Assembly: GCA_963663385.2 (NCBI GenBank)
Contig: CAXXXD010000002.1
Span: 64,001-128,000, forward strand
From: Oceanispirochaeta sp.
GTDB taxonomy: Bacteria; Spirochaetota; Spirochaetia; DSM-2461
Direction of reading: 5' to 3'
DNA: 64,000 nt
The translations under genes were made by a program, and so were the position numbers. The notes beneath the pieces were generated by a model. That model was not told the DNA's origin and searched no databases. It saw only the letters and a program-made list of their open reading frames with translations. This document shows, one piece after another, positions 63,239 to 64,000 of the stretch. Every line of letters starts with the position of its first letter. Within the stretch, counting starts at the first letter, position 1.

Positions 63239-64000
63239 TTATTTGTCTGACCAGGTTTTGGCGTGTAATTCATGAGTGTATTTATCAAAAATATAAAACC
63301 GCTCAGGATTTAAATAAATTTTTATAGCTTCCCCAATATCAAATGTAATGATGTCCTGAACCAGTGCTATGATATTTTTCCCGCCATGTTCAATATGAAT
63401 CTCGGTATCCGAACCTACCGCTTCTGTCAGCTGTATAAAGCCGTCAATTTCTATATCGGATTTACTTTTTCTGGTCAGTGAGACTTCATGGGCATGTATT
63501 CCCAGGTAATAGGAGTTGTTTTCCAGTTTATTATGAAGCTTTGAGACATCAACTTTAAATTCCTCCGTTACCTTTATGTACAGGCGTCCGTCGTCTTCAA
63601 CTTTTTTTCCTTCAAGAATATTCATGGTGGGGTTGCTGAAATACTCTCCGACTTCAAGATATTTCGGGTTTTTGTACACCTCTTTTACCGGACCATACTG
63701 AAGGATTTTTCCTTCCTGCATAAAACCGACATGGGATGCCATACCCATGGCATCTATCGGTTCGGGGGTGGCATAGATAATAGCTCCGCCCTTTCTGCTG
63801 AAGATCAATTTCAGTTCACCCCGAAGTTCCTCCCTGAGTTTGTAATCAAGGTTTGCCAGGGGTTCATCCAGAAAAACATACTTTGTTCCCTTGGCAAGGG
63901 CTCTTGCAATGGCTGTACGCTGCTGCTGACCGCCGCTCACTTCTTCCGGTAAATGATCCAGAACATGACTGATACCGAGGAGTTCTGCATTGGATCTGAC
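63239..64000 (-). CDS. ABC ATP-binding subunit (5'-partial, runs off the window)
   Basis: Frame open to 64000 (VRSNAELLGISHVLDHLPEEVSGGQQQRTAIARAL), DEPLANLDYKLREELR. Confidence 0.9.
   Translation of the reverse strand, partial: VRSNAELLGISHVLDHLPEEVSGGQQQRTAIARALAKGTKYVFLDEPLANLDYKLREELRGELKLIFSRKGGAIIYATPEPIDAMGMASHVGFMQEGKILQYGPVKEVYKNPKYLEVGEYFSNPTMNILEGKKVEDDGRLYIKVTEEFKVDVSKLHNKLENNSYYLGIHAHEVSLTRKSKSDIEIDGFIQLTEAVGSDTEIHIEHGGKNIIALVQDIITFDIGEAIKIYLNPERFYIFDKYTHELHAKTWSDK

Overview
Chromosomal window from an anaerobic spirochaete-like bacterium (16S signatures such as GCAGCTAAGAATCTTCCGCAATGG suggest Spirochaetales; genus not determinable here). Main contents: (1) a complete, compact type II-C CRISPR-Cas locus (cas9 ~1092 aa, cas1, cas2, an array of 10 full repeats plus 1 truncated repeat with 10 spacers, and a tracrRNA with its own promoter and terminator); (2) a heterodimeric ABC exporter preceded by a 27-codon leader ORF with terminator/antiterminator structures, a candidate ribosome-sensing attenuator; (3) a class IIC group II intron inserted just after that operon's terminator; (4) a 16S-23S-5S rRNA operon with no tRNA visible in the spacer; (5) an IS66 element (8-bp TSD) just after the rrn terminator, itself interrupted in tnpA by an IS21 element (5-bp TSD). 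Other genes: four GGDEF proteins, GAF-PtsP, Rrf2 regulator, a UroD/MtaA-family-thioredoxin fusion with a CobW GTPase, csaA, CDF transporter, nfo, Lhr helicase, short ThyX-like protein, lactonase, MoxR-DUF58-transglutaminase, LacI/fucI, lplA/DeoR, a kinase with an [FeFe]-hydrogenase-like protein, split LysO, MarR and a GlpSTPQUV-like glycerol ABC importer. About nine genes have a -10 box 6-7 nt before the ATG and no usable SD, suggesting frequent leaderless mRNAs. All calls come from reading motifs by eye; no database searches were run.
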